DNA from: an uncultured Gammaproteobacteria bacterium
GTDB lineage: Bacteria > Pseudomonadota > Gammaproteobacteria > Chromatiales > Chromatiaceae
DNA: 64,000 nt
NCBI GenBank assembly: GCA_963818415.1
Contig: CAWFSC010000014.1
Span: 51,024-115,023 of the forward strand
Direction of reading: 5' to 3'
Positions 19,118-30,995 of this stretch are shown here, in pieces. Every line of letters begins with the position of its first letter. Position 1 is the stretch's first letter. The notes below the pieces were generated by a model. That model did not search any database. It was given only the letters and a program-made list of their open reading frames with translations, and was not told the DNA's origin. A program made the position numbers and the translations under genes.

Positions 19118-19149
19118 GTAGGCTGGGATGAGCTTGCGAATCCCAGCAT
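19118..19149 (+). repeat. REP-type unit, family A
   Basis: 32/32 identity with 4454-4485. Confidence 0.8.
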
Positions 19150-19198
19150 CTCTGCTTTGATCGAGAGCCTCGCGGAACGGGGCGAATCGCTCCTATGG

Positions 19199-20579
19199 AT
19201 GGCGACCTCCGTTGCGACGGAGCTAGAGCCGCTCATCGATGCCGACCTGCCGGTGACCGAGGTGCCTCTCGGCGAGTTCGAGCGCCTATTGATTGATCTC
19301 GGCCACCCATGGCATCGCCTTTTTACCGTCGGTCCGCCACGCACGAAGGGCGCGCCTTACGACGCGCTGTTCGTCCAGGGCTACCCACTGTCCGCGTCGC
19401 CCCTGGCCCTCCTGAATCTCGCTTTCGATCGCTTAGCCGCTGACGCAGCGCTGATGCTTGAACTGGCGCCAGACTCGCTGCCGGTCGATCCCCTCAAGCG
19501 CCAGAGCCATCTTGGCTATCTCGCCGCGCTGGCTCGACGCTGCGGATTCATCCTGGATGACCCGGCGGTGCTCGGCAGTCCAGAAACATCGGTCCTCAAC
19601 TTCCGCAAGGTACGCACGCGCACCGCGCTGGCGACTGGACCTGTTGCGCGAGCAGGATTTCGCCGACTTCTCCGCACTGTTCAAGAAGACCTTCAACACC
19701 GAGATCAGCGAAGCGCTTTGGCGTTGGAAATATGCCGAGGGCCGGGGGCACGGCGTCATCGCCCGCCGTGGCGACAAAATCGTTGCCCACTACGGAAGCA
19801 CGCGACGACGCGCCCTCTTCCTGGACCGTCCGATCACGGCCCTGCAAATGTGCGATGTCATGGTCGATCCCGGCGAGCGTGGCGTCATGACAAAGCAAGG
19901 CGCTTTCTTTCTGACGACAGCAACCATCCTAGAGATCCTGCTCGGACTCCAATCGGTCGACCTGCCATTCGGATTTCCGAACGCCAGGGCATGCAGGATC
20001 GGCGAGCGCCTTGGGCTCTACGCGGAGGTCGGTCGGGTGATGGAGGTCCGCTGGACAGCGTCGTCGAGCCGGCCACGGCTGCGGACCCGCCTGCGCGCGG
20101 TCGACACGCATGACGCGAGGGACCGCGCCCTGGTCGAGCGCCTCTGGTCGGCGATGCGCAAGGATCTGCGCGACGCGATCCTCGTGGTCCGCGATTGGGA
20201 CTATCTGACCTATCGGTATCTCGACCATCCAGAGCATCACTATGATGTGCTCTTGGTCACATCCCGACTGACTGGAAAACCGATGGGGCTCTTGGTGCTG
20301 CGCCGCACCGGTGACTCGGCGGCGCTCCTCGATCTGGTCGCCCCACTCCGCAATATTCCCCTGTTGATCGATCAAGCCCGCCGCATGGCCGGACTCTGGG
20401 GGCTGGAGTCCCTGTTCTGCTGGATCACCCAACAACACCTCGGACGCTTCCTTGCACCCGGGGCGTCGGTCACCGATCCAGATGTCGTCGTCCCCACCAA
20501 CGTCTGGGTGGAAGGCCCAAGCGTCGAGGAACTGCGGGATAGATGGTGGCTGATGGCGGGAGACACTGAGTTTCGCTGA
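19199..20579 (+). CDS. hypothetical protein with a GNAT/FemAB-like acyltransferase C-terminal domain (one frame break near 19620)
   Basis: Joins ORFs 19061..20113 and 19458..20579. The C-terminal part reads FADFSALFKKTFNTEISEALWRWKYAEGRGHGVIARRGDKIVAHYG...MCDVMVDP...WWLMAGDTEF. The family assignment is tentative. Confidence 0.55.
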
Positions 20580-20625
20580 CCGACCGGATGCGGCCGCAAA
20601 CGGCACGCGCCATCCCAAGTCTCGC

Positions 20626-22972
20626 TCAGACGGGGATTGGGGGCAGACAAATCCTCGGCTGGCCTTGCTCGTACCCTTCCCACATGCGCCGATAAAGCGC
20701 TTCAAGATCGCGTGTGAATCGCTCCGTCTTGAAGAAGGGCGCGCCCTGCTTGGCGTCGACCAGTTTCCGACGGATGGCGGCGAGTTCATCCGGGTGCGTG
20801 GCCAAATGCAGCGCACGCCGCTCGTAGTCGTCGAGATCCTGGGTGATGAGTTCCGGCATGCCCGCAGCGGTCAGGAGACTGGCCGCAACCCGCGACGGGA
20901 AGCCTTCTCCTGGACAGGTCAGCATTGGAACGCCGACCCAGAGCGCGTCGGATGCGGTCGTATGCGCGTTGTAGGGCAGCGTGTCCAGACAAAGGTCGGC
21001 CAGCGTCAGGCGCGCGAGGTGCTCCTCTTGGGACACCTTCGGGGCAAACAGCAGCCGCTCGGACGCGATCCCTCGGGCCTGAGCCTCGGCGATCAGATGC
21101 TGGGGCGCCGTATCGTTGCTGGCGAAGAGCCAGAGGACGGACCCCGGCACCGACTGGAGCAGATTGCACCAGCGGTCGAAGATCTCGGGAGTGATCTTGT
21201 AGGGGTTGTTGAAGCAGCAGAATACGAAGCCCGCGTCCGGCAGACCCGCTTCACTTCGGGACGGGATGGCGGCCATCCGACGACGATCGTCCAGCGGTGC
21301 ATAGGCATTGGGAAGATAGGCCAGCGCCTCATCGTAGTACGGCGCCTGATCTTCTGGCACGACCACGGGGTCGACGATGACATAGTCGATGAAGCTCGCC
21401 CCAATGGTGCCCGGAAAACCCAGCCAGTTGACCTGGATGGGACTGGGACGCAGGGCGAGGATCTCGGTTCTGGCGTCGCGGGTGTAACCCTTGAGATCGA
21501 TCAGGAGATCGATGCCGTCGTCGCGGATCCGACGCGCCGCCTCATCGAAGCTCAAGGGACCGATGTCAATGAAGTGCTCGAATGCGCTCAACAGCCGTTG
21601 GCGCATCGGGCTGCCGTCGTCCGGTCCCCAGGAATAGGCGAAGACCTCGAACCGGTCCCGATCATGATGTTCGAAGACCGAAGCCGTCAGGTAGGCCGTG
21701 GCGTGCGCGTGGAAATCGGCCGATAGATAGCCAATGCGGAATCGCCCGTCGGACCCTGGCCGGTGGGCGCGTGGCTCCAGCGCGCGCTGCGTCCAGGAAT
21801 GGAAACGCTTGGCGTATTCGCGACTGACCTTGAGCAGATCGGCGGGCGTGAGTCCCGGCAATGACTGCGCGGCAAAGGGCGAGATGAGCGGAGCGGTCGG
21901 TGCGGCGTAACCGTTCGAGCAAGGCCGTCATCCGCTCCGACCCGTGCCGCCAATCGCACAGATGGCGTTGGTTGAAGACGAGCTGACCGAGCAAGCCAGA
22001 CGGGCGGTCGCCGTATCTGGCAAGGCTCTCCTCCAGCACCGCAACCGCCCGGTCGCGCTGGCGGAGTTCGGCGAGCCAGGTCGCGAGTGTCAGATAATAC
22101 TGCGGCTGGTTGCCGCCAGAGGCGATCGCCTCGGCAAGCGACTGGATCGCGCCCTCTCCATCGCCTTGACGCATCCGCAACGCTGCCAGCGCGCTCAGGA
22201 CTTCGTGCCGTGGGAGCTGGCCTTCCTTGGCGACCGGGATGATGAGTTCCGCCGCTCGCTCCACTTCATTCTCGTCGAGCAGCGCTAGACCCAGGACCAG
22301 ACGACCGCGCGGGTGGTTCGGGTGGTCACGCAGAAGGGCCTCATAGTGAGCGCGGGCCTCCTCCGGCCGACCGCGCAGCCGGAGCACGTCACCTAGAAAG
22401 AGCTTGATGTCGGGCGCGTCCGGGCGCTTCGTCAGCAGCTCGCGGTAGATGCCCTCCGCCTCGTCGAGGGCTTCCATTTCGCACAGCGCCGAGGCCAGAT
22501 TGACGCGGGCCTCGAAAAACGTCGGATCGAGCCGCGCGGCTCGCCGATAGCCCTCGATCGCGGCACCCAATCGGCCAAGCGCGCGCAGGCAACGCGCCTG
22601 GTTGTAATGGGCCGGGGCAAAATCGGGAGCCAACTCGACCGCGCGCCCGTACCATTTGGCTGCCTCGGCGAGCTGCTGACGGCTGACCAGGACATTGCCG
22701 AGATTGATATGGGCCACGGTATGCTTGGGCGCGAGCGCGACGCAGCGGCGGAGCAACTGTTCCGCCTCCTCCAGCTTTCCGGTCCGCGCGGCCATCAGAC
22801 CCATCAACTGGAGGGCATCGGCGTTCGTCGGCGAGCCCTGGAGCACCTTGCGCAAGACGCGCTCGGCCTCCTCGTGCCGCCCCGTCTGGAAGAGCTGGTG
22901 CGCTTGTTTCACCGCCGCATCCGGACCTTGAGTCGATTGAATGCCACGGGAAGGGGATGTGGGATATTTCAT
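20626..22972 (-). CDS. TPR-repeat protein fused to a GT41 (SPINDLY/O-GlcNAc-transferase-like) glycosyltransferase (one frame break near 21860-21900)
   Basis: N-terminal ~400 aa of tandem TPRs. C-terminal RIGYLSADFHAHATAYL...DGIDLLIDLKGYTRDARTEILALRPSPIQVNWLGFPGTIGASFIDYVIVD...LPNAYAP is typical of GT41. Confidence 0.8.
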
Positions 22973-23006
22973 CTCGCGACCCTGATTTTTGCGAGTGACG
23001 GTAAAG

Positions 23007-23945
23007 ATGGAAATCTTGGAGCACGAATTCGTCCCCTATCACGCCGAGAGGTCGCTGGCGAACGGACGCGCCCTAGTCCTGGCGCCACACCCGGATGACG
23101 AGGTGTTCGGCTGCGGGGGGGCCATTATGCGCCATGTCGAGGCGGGAGACCCAATCCGGGTCGTCATCGTCACGGATGGCACCTATGGCCGGGCCTCCGA
23201 TGCCAAGGACCATGCCGACGAGCGCCAGCGGGAGTCGCAGCACGCGGCCTCGGTGCTCAGCTGTGAGGAGCCGGTTTTCTGGGGACTGCCGGACCGTGGG
23301 TTGGAATATGGCGAAAGCCTGATCGGGCGGATCCTGGACGCGATCCAATCCTGGGAGGCTGCGCTGGTCTACGCGCCATCCTGGTGGGAGGTCCACCCGG
23401 ATCATTTCGTCCTGGCGCTCGCGACGGCCGAGGCAGTGCGGCGGTGCCCGCGACACATCCAGCTTGCCATGTACGAGGTCGGGGTTCCGCTGCACGCCAA
23501 CCGGTTGCTCGACATCACCGATCTGCGTGAGCGCAAGCAGGCGGCCATGGCCTGCTTCAAGAGCCAGTTGGCGCAGCAGCACTACGACCGCCATGTCACG
23601 GCCCTGAACAGCTTTCGGACCTATACCCTGCCCGCCGACATCCGCGCGGCGGAAGCCTATCGGCTGCTGACGGCGGAGGCGTTGCGGGAGGCTCCGCTGA
23701 ATGCCATGCGCCCCACGCCGAGCAACTCACTCAGGGCATTGGCCGAATCCCTCCGGGGGCCGACCTCCTTGGCGGCGGATGATGATGAAAGGCACCGACT
23801 GACGGCCATGATCGAGGCCCTGCGGCGGGATATCGAGGCGATCCACCGCTCGACCTCCTGGCGTGTCACCGCCCCGCTGCGCTGGCTCACGTTGAGTCTG
23901 AGGCGGTTTGCGGCAAGGATCGTGGCAAAAAAAGGCCATCGGTAG
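23007..23945 (+). CDS. PIG-L/LmbE family deacetylase with a C-terminal coiled-coil tail
   Basis: ALVLAPHPDDEVFGCGGAIMRH...VVIVTDG and HPDH motifs. The tail carries ERHRLTAMIEALRRDIEAIHRSTSWRVTAPLRW. ATG 23007 preferred over TTG 22989. Confidence 0.8.
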   Translation: MEILEHEFVPYHAERSLANGRALVLAPHPDDEVFGCGGAIMRHVEAGDPIRVVIVTDGTYGRASDAKDHADERQRESQHAASVLSCEEPVFWGLPDRGLEYGESLIGRILDAIQSWEAALVYAPSWWEVHPDHFVLALATAEAVRRCPRHIQLAMYEVGVPLHANRLLDITDLRERKQAAMACFKSQLAQQHYDRHVTALNSFRTYTLPADIRAAEAYRLLTAEALREAPLNAMRPTPSNSLRALAESLRGPTSLAADDDERHRLTAMIEALRRDIEAIHRSTSWRVTAPLRWLTLSLRRFAARIVAKKGHR

Positions 23946-24001
23946 GCTCGGCTGATTTCCGAGACGCGCCGCATTGGCGATGCGGATCCCGCGCCTCAAC
24001 G

Positions 24002-24787
24002 TCATTCACCAGGATCGTATTTCTCGTCCTTCCAGCGCCGCAGCGCGGTGAACACCTCGGCCGAGGTGGCGAGTGCCCGGCCAGCCTGGCGCTCGGCGGC
24101 GGCGATCACCGTCGGGGCTTGCGTCCGCAGGAAAGGGTTGGTTGCCAGCTCCAGTTCGAGACGCGAGGGGACGGTTGGCGCGCCGGATGCCCGCAGGTGC
24201 CGGTCCGCCGCAACGCGCTTGGCCAAGGCGGGGCTGTCCGGCTCGACCCACTGGGCGAAGCCAAGGTTGGCGAGGGTGTATTCGTGGGCGCAGTAGCAGA
24301 GGGTGTCGCCGGGGAGCGCGGCGATCCGTTCCAGCGATCGGGCGAGCTGCTCGAAGGTACCGTCGAAGACGCGCCCGCAGCCGGCGGCAAAGAGGGTATC
24401 GCCGCAAAAGAGCTTGCCATCGCCGAGATAGACGATGTGACTGGCGGTGTGTCCGGGCGCTGTCATCACCCGGAAGCGCGTGTTCAATCCGGTGGGCTGG
24501 AAGGTCTCGCCGTCGCCGTGGCGGTCGGTCAGGGCGCGGATGCGGTGGTCGGCGGGGCCATGGATCCGCAACCCTGGAAAGGCGGCAATCAGCTCGTCCA
24601 GACCGCCGACGTGGTCATAGTGATGATGCGTGATCAGCACCGAGGTCAGGGTCAGTCCTCGCTCGCGCAGCGTCTCCAGCACCGGGTCCGCATCGCCCGG
24701 ATCCACGACGGCGGCGGTGCCATGGCCCTCGGTCAGGAGCCAGATGTAGTTGTCGGAGAAGGCGGGAATCGGGTGGACTTGGAGCAT
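24002..24787 (-). CDS. gloB: hydroxyacylglutathione hydrolase (glyoxalase II)
   Basis: MLQVHPIPAFSDNYIWLL...VDPGDADPVL...ITHHHYDHVGG...TPGHT...CGDTLFAAGCGR...CAHEYTLANL aligns along its length with E. coli GloB. Confidence 0.95.
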   Translation of the reverse strand: MLQVHPIPAFSDNYIWLLTEGHGTAAVVDPGDADPVLETLRERGLTLTSVLITHHHYDHVGGLDELIAAFPGLRIHGPADHRIRALTDRHGDGETFQPTGLNTRFRVMTAPGHTASHIVYLGDGKLFCGDTLFAAGCGRVFDGTFEQLARSLERIAALPGDTLCYCAHEYTLANLGFAQWVEPDSPALAKRVAADRHLRASGAPTVPSRLELELATNPFLRTQAPTVIAAAERQAGRALATSAEVFTALRRWKDEKYDPGE

Positions 24788-24863
24788 GGGTGGGTTCCTC
24801 CATCGCCGGCCTCGCTTCCTTCAAGGCCAGCCGTTGGGGTCGCCGTTGGCGGCGGGTCGGGTA

Positions 24864-26814
24864 TCAGACGCCGACCTCTTGCTGGCGGCTCGGCTCCGGA
24901 GTCTTGGGGATCTCCGTCGGGTTGGAGCGGGCGAGTTCGGCGCGAAGACTGGCGATGATGCCGGGCGCGTCGAGCCCGATGCCGGCGAGTTGCTCGGCGT
25001 GCTCGGCGTGCTCGATGTAGGTGTCCGGCAGTCCCAGATGCAGGCAGCGCACGACCCGGCCATGGGCGGACAGCACCTCGGCCACGCCGCTCCCGGCGCC
25101 GCCGGCGATGGCGTTCTCCTCCAGGGTGACGAGGATCTCGTGATCGCGCGCAAGGTCCAGGATCAGCGCCGCGTCGAGCGGCTTGACGAAACGCATGTCG
25201 GCGACGGTGGCGTCGAAGACCGCCGCTGCCTCAAGCGCGGGCGCGACCAGACTGCCGAAGGCCAGCAGGGCGATGCGCCGGCCCTGGCGGACGACCTCGC
25301 CCTTGCCGATCGGCAGCGCGGGCGCGCTCGGATCGATCGCAATGCCCGGTCCGCAGCCACGCGGGTAACGGACCAGCGCCGGCCCTTCATACTCAAAGGC
25401 GGTCTTGAGCATCCGGCGACACTCGTTCTCGTTCGAGGGCGCCAGGATCAGCAGGTTGGGGATGGGACGGCAGAAGCTGAGATCGAAGCTGCCGGCATGG
25501 GTGGCGCCGTCGGGTCCGACCAGGCCGCCGCGATCGACGGCGAAGGTGACGTCCAGGTTCTGCAGGGCGACGTCATGGACGAGCTGATCGTAGGCGCGTT
25601 GCAGGAAGCTGGAATAGATGGCGACGACCGGCTTGAGCCCCTCGCAGGCCATGCCAGCGGCAAGGGTCACGGCGTGCTGCTCGGCGATGCCGACGTCGAA
25701 GAAGCGGTCGGGGAAGCGCTTGGAGAAGGCGGTGAGGCCAGACCCCTCGCACATGGCCGGGGTGATGGCGACGAGCCGCTTGTCCTGCGGCGGCGGCGTC
25801 ACACAGCCAACCGCCGAAGATCTGGGTATAGCTGGCCCCCTTGCTCTTGCCCGCGACCAGTTCGCCGGTGTGCCGATTGAAGGGCGTCACGCCGTGATAG
25901 GTCATGGGCTGACCCTCGGCCGGCTCGAAGCCGCGCCCCTTCTTGGTGACGATATGCAGCAGGCGTTGCCCGGGCATACCCTTGATGTTGCGCAGGGTCC
26001 GCACCAAGCCATCGAGATCGTGCCCATCGACCGGGCCGATGTAGTTGAAGCCAAGCTCCTCGAACAGGGTGCTCGGCATCACCATGCCCTTCACATGCTC
26101 CTCCCAGCGCCCCACCAGTTGACGCAACTGGGGCATGTTGGCCAGCGCGCTCTTGCTGCCCTCGCGCACGGTGGTGTAGAGCTTGCCGGACAGGAGCCGC
26201 GCCAGATGGTTGCTGATGGCCCCGACCGGCGGGGAGATGGACATCTCGTTGTCGTTGAGGATGACCACCAGGTCGACGTCCATGGAGCCGGCGTGGTTCA
26301 GCGCCTCGAAGGCCATGCCCGCGCCGAGCGCGCCGTCGCCGATGATGGCGATGACGGTGCGCCGCTCGCCCCGTTGCTGGGCGGCCAGCGCCATGCCGAG
26401 CGCGGCGCTGATGGAGGTGCTGGAATGGCCGACGCCGAAGGCGTCGTACTCGCTCTCGCCGCGCCGGGGAAAGCCGGAGACGCCGTCCTTCTGGCGCAGG
26501 GTGCACATGCGGTCGCGCCGGCCGGTGAGGATCTTGTGCGGATAGGCCTGATGACCGACGTCCCAGACCAGTCGGTCGCGCGGGGTGTCGAAGACGTAAT
26601 GCAGCCCGATGGTCAGCTCCACCACGCCGAGTCCGGCCGCCAGGTGCCCGCCGGTCTTGGAGACGCACTCGATCAGGAAGCTCCGCAGCTCGCTCGCGAC
26701 CTCGGGAAGCTGACTCTCGGACAGGGCGCGCAGGTCGGCGGGGCTGTCGATCGAATCGAGGATGGGGCGGCGGTGCGAGCTGACACCGGAATCACTCAAG
26801 GTGCGGTGTGGCAT
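24864..26814 (-). CDS. dxs: 1-deoxy-D-xylulose-5-phosphate synthase (one frame break near 25800)
   Basis: N-terminal ORF 25573..26814 ([65 protein letters not shown]) continues in ORF 24864..25802 ([25 protein letters not shown]..). Confidence 0.9.
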
Positions 26815-26953
26815 GATCGGGGACGGCTATCGTGGGACAAGCCCAGTATCTTAGTCCAATCGTTGGCGAACTGCCCAATGGATAGCATTCCGCGTCAGAG
26901 CCTTTGCTACCATGTGCGCTTGATGCCGGTCATTCCATATGCAAACCATCCCA

Positions 26954-28344
26954 ATGCTACAGATTCACAATAGCCTGACCCGCCAGAAAGAGCCCTTCCA
27001 GCCCATCGAGCCCGGCAAGGTTCGCATGTATGTCTGCGGCATGACGGTCTACGACTACTGCCATCTCGGCCACGCGCGGGTGATGGTGGTCTTCGACGTG
27101 GTCTATCGCTATCTGCGCGCGCTGGGCTACGAGGTGACCTACATCCGCAACATCACCGACATCGACGACAAGATCATCCGCCGCGCCAACGAGAACGGCG
27201 AGCCCTTCCTGGCGCTGACCGAGCGCTTCATCCAGGCCATGCGCGAGGACGCCGAGGCGCTCGGCGTGCTGCCGCCGACCGACGAGCCGCGCGCGACCGC
27301 GCACATGGCGGAGATCCTGCGCCATGGTGCAGCACCCTGATCGACAAGGGACTCGCCTACGCCGCCGACAACGGGGACGTCTACTACGCCGTCGGCCGCT
27401 TCCCCGGCTACGGCAAGCTCTCCGGCAAGGATCCAGCAGGATCTGCGCGCCGGCGCGCGGGTCGAGATCGACGAGTCCAAGCGCGATCCGCTCGACTTCG
27501 CCCTCTGGAAGTCCGCCAAGCCCGGCGAGCCGTCCTGGGACTCGCCCTGGGGCCAGGGACGGCCCGGCTGGCACATCGAGTGCTCCGCCATGAGCACCTG
27601 CGCCCTGGGCAACCATTTCGACATCCACGGCGGCGGGGCCGATCTCCAGTTCCCGCATCACGAAAACGAAATCGCCCAATCCGAAGGCGCGACCGGCGAG
27701 CCCTTCGTCAACGTCTGGATGCACAACGGCTTCGTGCGGGTGAACGAGGAGAAGATGTCCAAGTCGCTGGGCAACTTCTTCACCGTGCGCGAGATCCTGC
27801 AAGCCTACCGGCCCGAGGAGGTGCGTTATTTCATCCTCACCAGCCACTACCGCAGCCCGCTGAACTACGACGACGAGCATCTCCAGCGCGCGCGCGGCGC
27901 CTTGACCCGTCTCTACACCGGCGCTGCGCGGACTGCCGGAGACCGAGCCGGCGGGCGGCGAGGCGTTCCGCGAGCGCTTCGGCGCCGCCATGGATGATGA
28001 TTTCAACACCCCGGAGGCGCTCGCCGTCCTCTTCGATCTGGTGCGCGAGATCAACCGCGCTGCGGGCCGAGGAGCCGGTCCGCGCCGCCGAGCTGGGCGC
28101 GATGCTGCGCGATCTGGGCGGCGTGCTCGGCATCCTGCGGGACGATCCCGAGGTCTATCTGCGTGGCGACGGCGCGGCCGACGGCCTGTCGGATGCCGAG
28201 ATCGACGACCTCATCCAGCAGCGTCAGGCGGCGCGCGCGGCCAAGAACTGGGCGGAAGCAGATCGGGTGCGCGGCCTGCTCACCGAAGCCGGCATCCTGC
28301 TGGAAGACGGCCCCCAGGGCACGACCTGGCGGCGTGGGGGCTGA
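26954..28344 (+). CDS. cysS: cysteine--tRNA ligase (about five frame breaks as sequenced)
   Basis: [15 protein letters not shown]...[18 protein letters not shown] (HIGH), [13 protein letters not shown] and GPQGTTWRR, co-linear with E. coli CysS but spread over frames at ~27325, ~27335, ~27430, ~27915 and ~28060. Confidence 0.9.
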
Positions 28345-28363
28345 CCCCGCTCTCGTCGCTCCC

Positions 28364-28396
28364 ATAGGATGGATTGAGCGAAGCGAAGCCCATCGA
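28364..28396 (+). repeat. REP-like unit (ATAGGATGGATTGAGCGAAGCGAAGCCCATCGA)
   Basis: Same TAGGxTGG...GAGC...GC...CCCAT architecture as the family A/18167 units. It lies just after the cysS stop. Confidence 0.6.
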
Positions 28397-28588
28397 ACCC
28401 CGCGCCAACGCATCAGAACTACAAATAACGCGCCGGTTTAGCCGGGCCGTTTTGGTCAAACGTTGGAGCGGTAGTCGATGGGTTTCACGGCTAATCGTCC
28501 TCCGTGCCAACGATCAGCCTCATACCCTGGCCGTTCTACCCGTCCTACGATGATCGCCGGGCGAGCTTGCGAGGAACCCTCATCGGTG

Positions 28589-29986
28589 ATGCACAAAGGC
28601 CCTATCGAGCCAGACGCCAGCCACCCGCTCACCCGAGCCGGGCTCGGCCCTCCTGATCCGGACGCCGACGCACAGGCGCGGCAGGACGCGCTCTGGATCG
28701 AGGTCATCCGCAAGATGGACCAGACCTACGCGGATCTGGTGCGCTATCAGGTGGAGCTGGAAGAGAAGAACCGCGCGCTGGAGCTGGCCCATCAGTTCAT
28801 CTCCAGCGTGCTGGCCTCGATGACCGACGTGCTCATCGTCTGCGACATCCAGGGCCGGATCGAGGAGGTCAACCCCGCCCTGGAGGCGCTGACCGGGCTG
28901 CCGGAGGAGTCGCTCATCGGCCGGCCTTTTCAATCCCTGCTCGCCGCCGAATGTCTCGATCTTGCCAGCGGATTCGCGGAGAAGATCCGCAACGATGCCG
29001 TGCATGATTGCGAGCTCAGCCTGCGCGCCGAGCCGGAGGCCCTGCCGCTGGCGGTCAACTGCACCTCCCGCTATGACTCGCGCGGACGCCTGGTCGGCAT
29101 GGTGCTGATCGGCCGCCCGGTCGGTGAGCTGCGGCGCGCCTATGAGGCGCTGAACCGCGCGCATCTGGATCTCAAGCAGGCGCAGAAGCAGTTGATCAGC
29201 GCCGAGAAGATGGCCTCGCTCGGACGCCTGGTCGCCGGGGTCGCCCACGAGCTGAACAACCCCATCAGCTTCGTCTACGGCAATGTCCACGCGATGGGGC
29301 GCTATCGCGAGCGGCTGCGGACCTATTGCGAGGCCGTCGACGCCTCCAACCCGCCCGAATCGCTCAAGGCGCTCAAGGAGGAACTGCGCATTACCAAGCT
29401 GCTCGACGACCTCGATCCGCTGATCCGGGGCACCCTGGAAGGCGCTGAACGGGTGCGCGACGTGGTGCAGGATCTGCGGCGTTTTTCAACCGGTCAGCAG
29501 GGTGAGCGCGCGCCCTTCGATCTGGTGCATGTCGTTCAAACAGCGGTGCACTGGGTGACCAAGGGGCGACGTCCGCCGGTGCGGGTGTTGCTTGATCTCC
29601 CCGACAGCCTGGAGATCAAGGGGCACGCCGGCCAGATCCATCAAGTCGTGATGAACCTGGTGCAGAACGCCCTCGACGCGCTGGAGGGTGTCGCGGATCC
29701 CGAGATCCGCATCCAGTTGACGCGCCCCGAGGAGCGCCCGGACACCCAGGCGGACCAAGGCCGCGCGCTCGGCGTGCGTCTGCTGGTGGAGGACAATGGT
29801 CCTGGCATCCCCGAGACCGATCTGCTCCGGCTGTTCGATCCCTTCTTCACCACCAAGCCGGTTGGGCAGGGGACCGGGCTCGGACTCTCCATCAGTTACG
29901 GCATCGTGACCGACCACGGCGGCCGTTTAAGCGCCGACAACCGTCCCGAGGGTGGCGCGCGGCTGACCCTGGAGCTGCCGCCATGA
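28589..29986 (+). CDS. hupT: soluble PAS/histidine kinase of the H2-sensing system (HupT/HoxJ-like)
   Basis: [51 protein letters not shown] (coiled coil + PAS), H-box GVAHELNNP, and N/G boxes NLVQNALDA and DNGPGI..GTGLGL. The stop overlaps the hupU start (ATGA). The start codon is uncertain (28478/28550/28589). Confidence 0.75.
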   Translation: MHKGPIEPDASHPLTRAGLGPPDPDADAQARQDALWIEVIRKMDQTYADLVRYQVELEEKNRALELAHQFISSVLASMTDVLIVCDIQGRIEEVNPALEALTGLPEESLIGRPFQSLLAAECLDLASGFAEKIRNDAVHDCELSLRAEPEALPLAVNCTSRYDSRGRLVGMVLIGRPVGELRRAYEALNRAHLDLKQAQKQLISAEKMASLGRLVAGVAHELNNPISFVYGNVHAMGRYRERLRTYCEAVDASNPPESLKALKEELRITKLLDDLDPLIRGTLEGAERVRDVVQDLRRFSTGQQGERAPFDLVHVVQTAVHWVTKGRRPPVRVLLDLPDSLEIKGHAGQIHQVVMNLVQNALDALEGVADPEIRIQLTRPEERPDTQADQGRALGVRLLVEDNGPGIPETDLLRLFDPFFTTKPVGQGTGLGLSISYGIVTDHGGRLSADNRPEGGARLTLELPP

Positions 29987-30995
29987 GCGACCGGACCAGG
30001 CATTCTCTGGCTGCAATCCGGCGGCTGCGGCGGCTGCACCCTCTCCCTGCTCGGCGCCGAGTCACCCGTCCTTGCCGGAGGTGTTCGAGGCCACCGGGCA
30101 GCGGCTGCTCTGGCACCCCTCGCTTAGCGAGGCGAGCGGCGATGAGGTCATCGACCTTTTGACGGCCTGCGAGGCTGGCGATCCGCCGATCGAGGTGCTC
30201 TGCGTCGAGGGCTCGCTGTTGCGCGGACCCGGCGGAACCGGGCGTTTCCACCTCCTCGCCGGCACCGGACGCCCCATGATCGACTGGGTTCGCGCGCTGG
30301 CCGCGCGGGCACGTCACGTCGTCGCGGTCGGCACCTGCTCCGCCTTCGGCGGCATCACCGCCAGCGGATCCAACCCAGCCGACGCCTGCGGCCTGCAATA
30401 CGACGGCATCCACCCCGGCGGACTTCTGGGGGCCGACTTCCGCTCCGGCTCCGGCCTGCCCGTCATCAACATCGCCGGCTGTCCCACGCACCCCAACTGG
30501 GTCGTGGAGACGCTTGCCGCGCTGGCCATGGACGCCCTGGCCGAACCCGACCTGGACCCCTACCGGCGGCCGCGCATGTTCTTCGACCACCTGGTCCACC
30601 ACGGCTGTCCGCGCAATGAGTTCTACGAATACAAGGCCAGCGCGCTGGAGCCCTCCGATCTGGGGTGTTTGATGGAACACCTCGGCTGTCTCGGCACCCA
30701 GGCCCACGCCGACTGCAACACCCGCCTCTGGAATGGCGAAGGCTCCTGCACGCGCGGCGGCTACGCCTGCATCAACTGCACCGCCCCCGAATTCGAGGAA
30801 CCCGGCCACGCCTTCCAGGCGACACCTACGATCGCCGGCATCCCCATCGGCCTGCCGACCGACATGCCCAAGGCCTGGTTCGTCGCCCTCGCCTCGCTCT
30901 CCAAGGCCGCCACGCCCGAGCGGCTGAGATCCAACGCCGTGGCGGATCATTTGGTCGTACCTCCGACGGTGCGCAATCCTTATCGGCGGTCTTGA
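29983..30995 (+). CDS. hupU: regulatory [NiFe]-hydrogenase small subunit (HupU/HoxB-like; two frame breaks near 30000 and 30075)
   Basis: ILWLQSGGCGGCTLSLLGAESP (proximal cluster motif, in a shifted frame), GTCSAFGG, GCPTHPNW, and HHGCPRNEFYEYK...CLGTQAHADCNTRLWNGEGSCTRGGYACINCTAPEF. No RRxF Tat leader, as expected for sensor-type small subunits. Confidence 0.8.

Noticed and set aside
24750-26973. Plus-strand ORFs 24750..25880 and 25618..26973 (376 and 451 aa)
   Set aside because: They are antisense shadows of dxs, with low-complexity R/G/A composition and no recognisable domains.
29892-30950. 352-aa minus-strand ORF
   Set aside because: It is antisense to hupU, whose identity is supported by hydrogenase small-subunit motifs.
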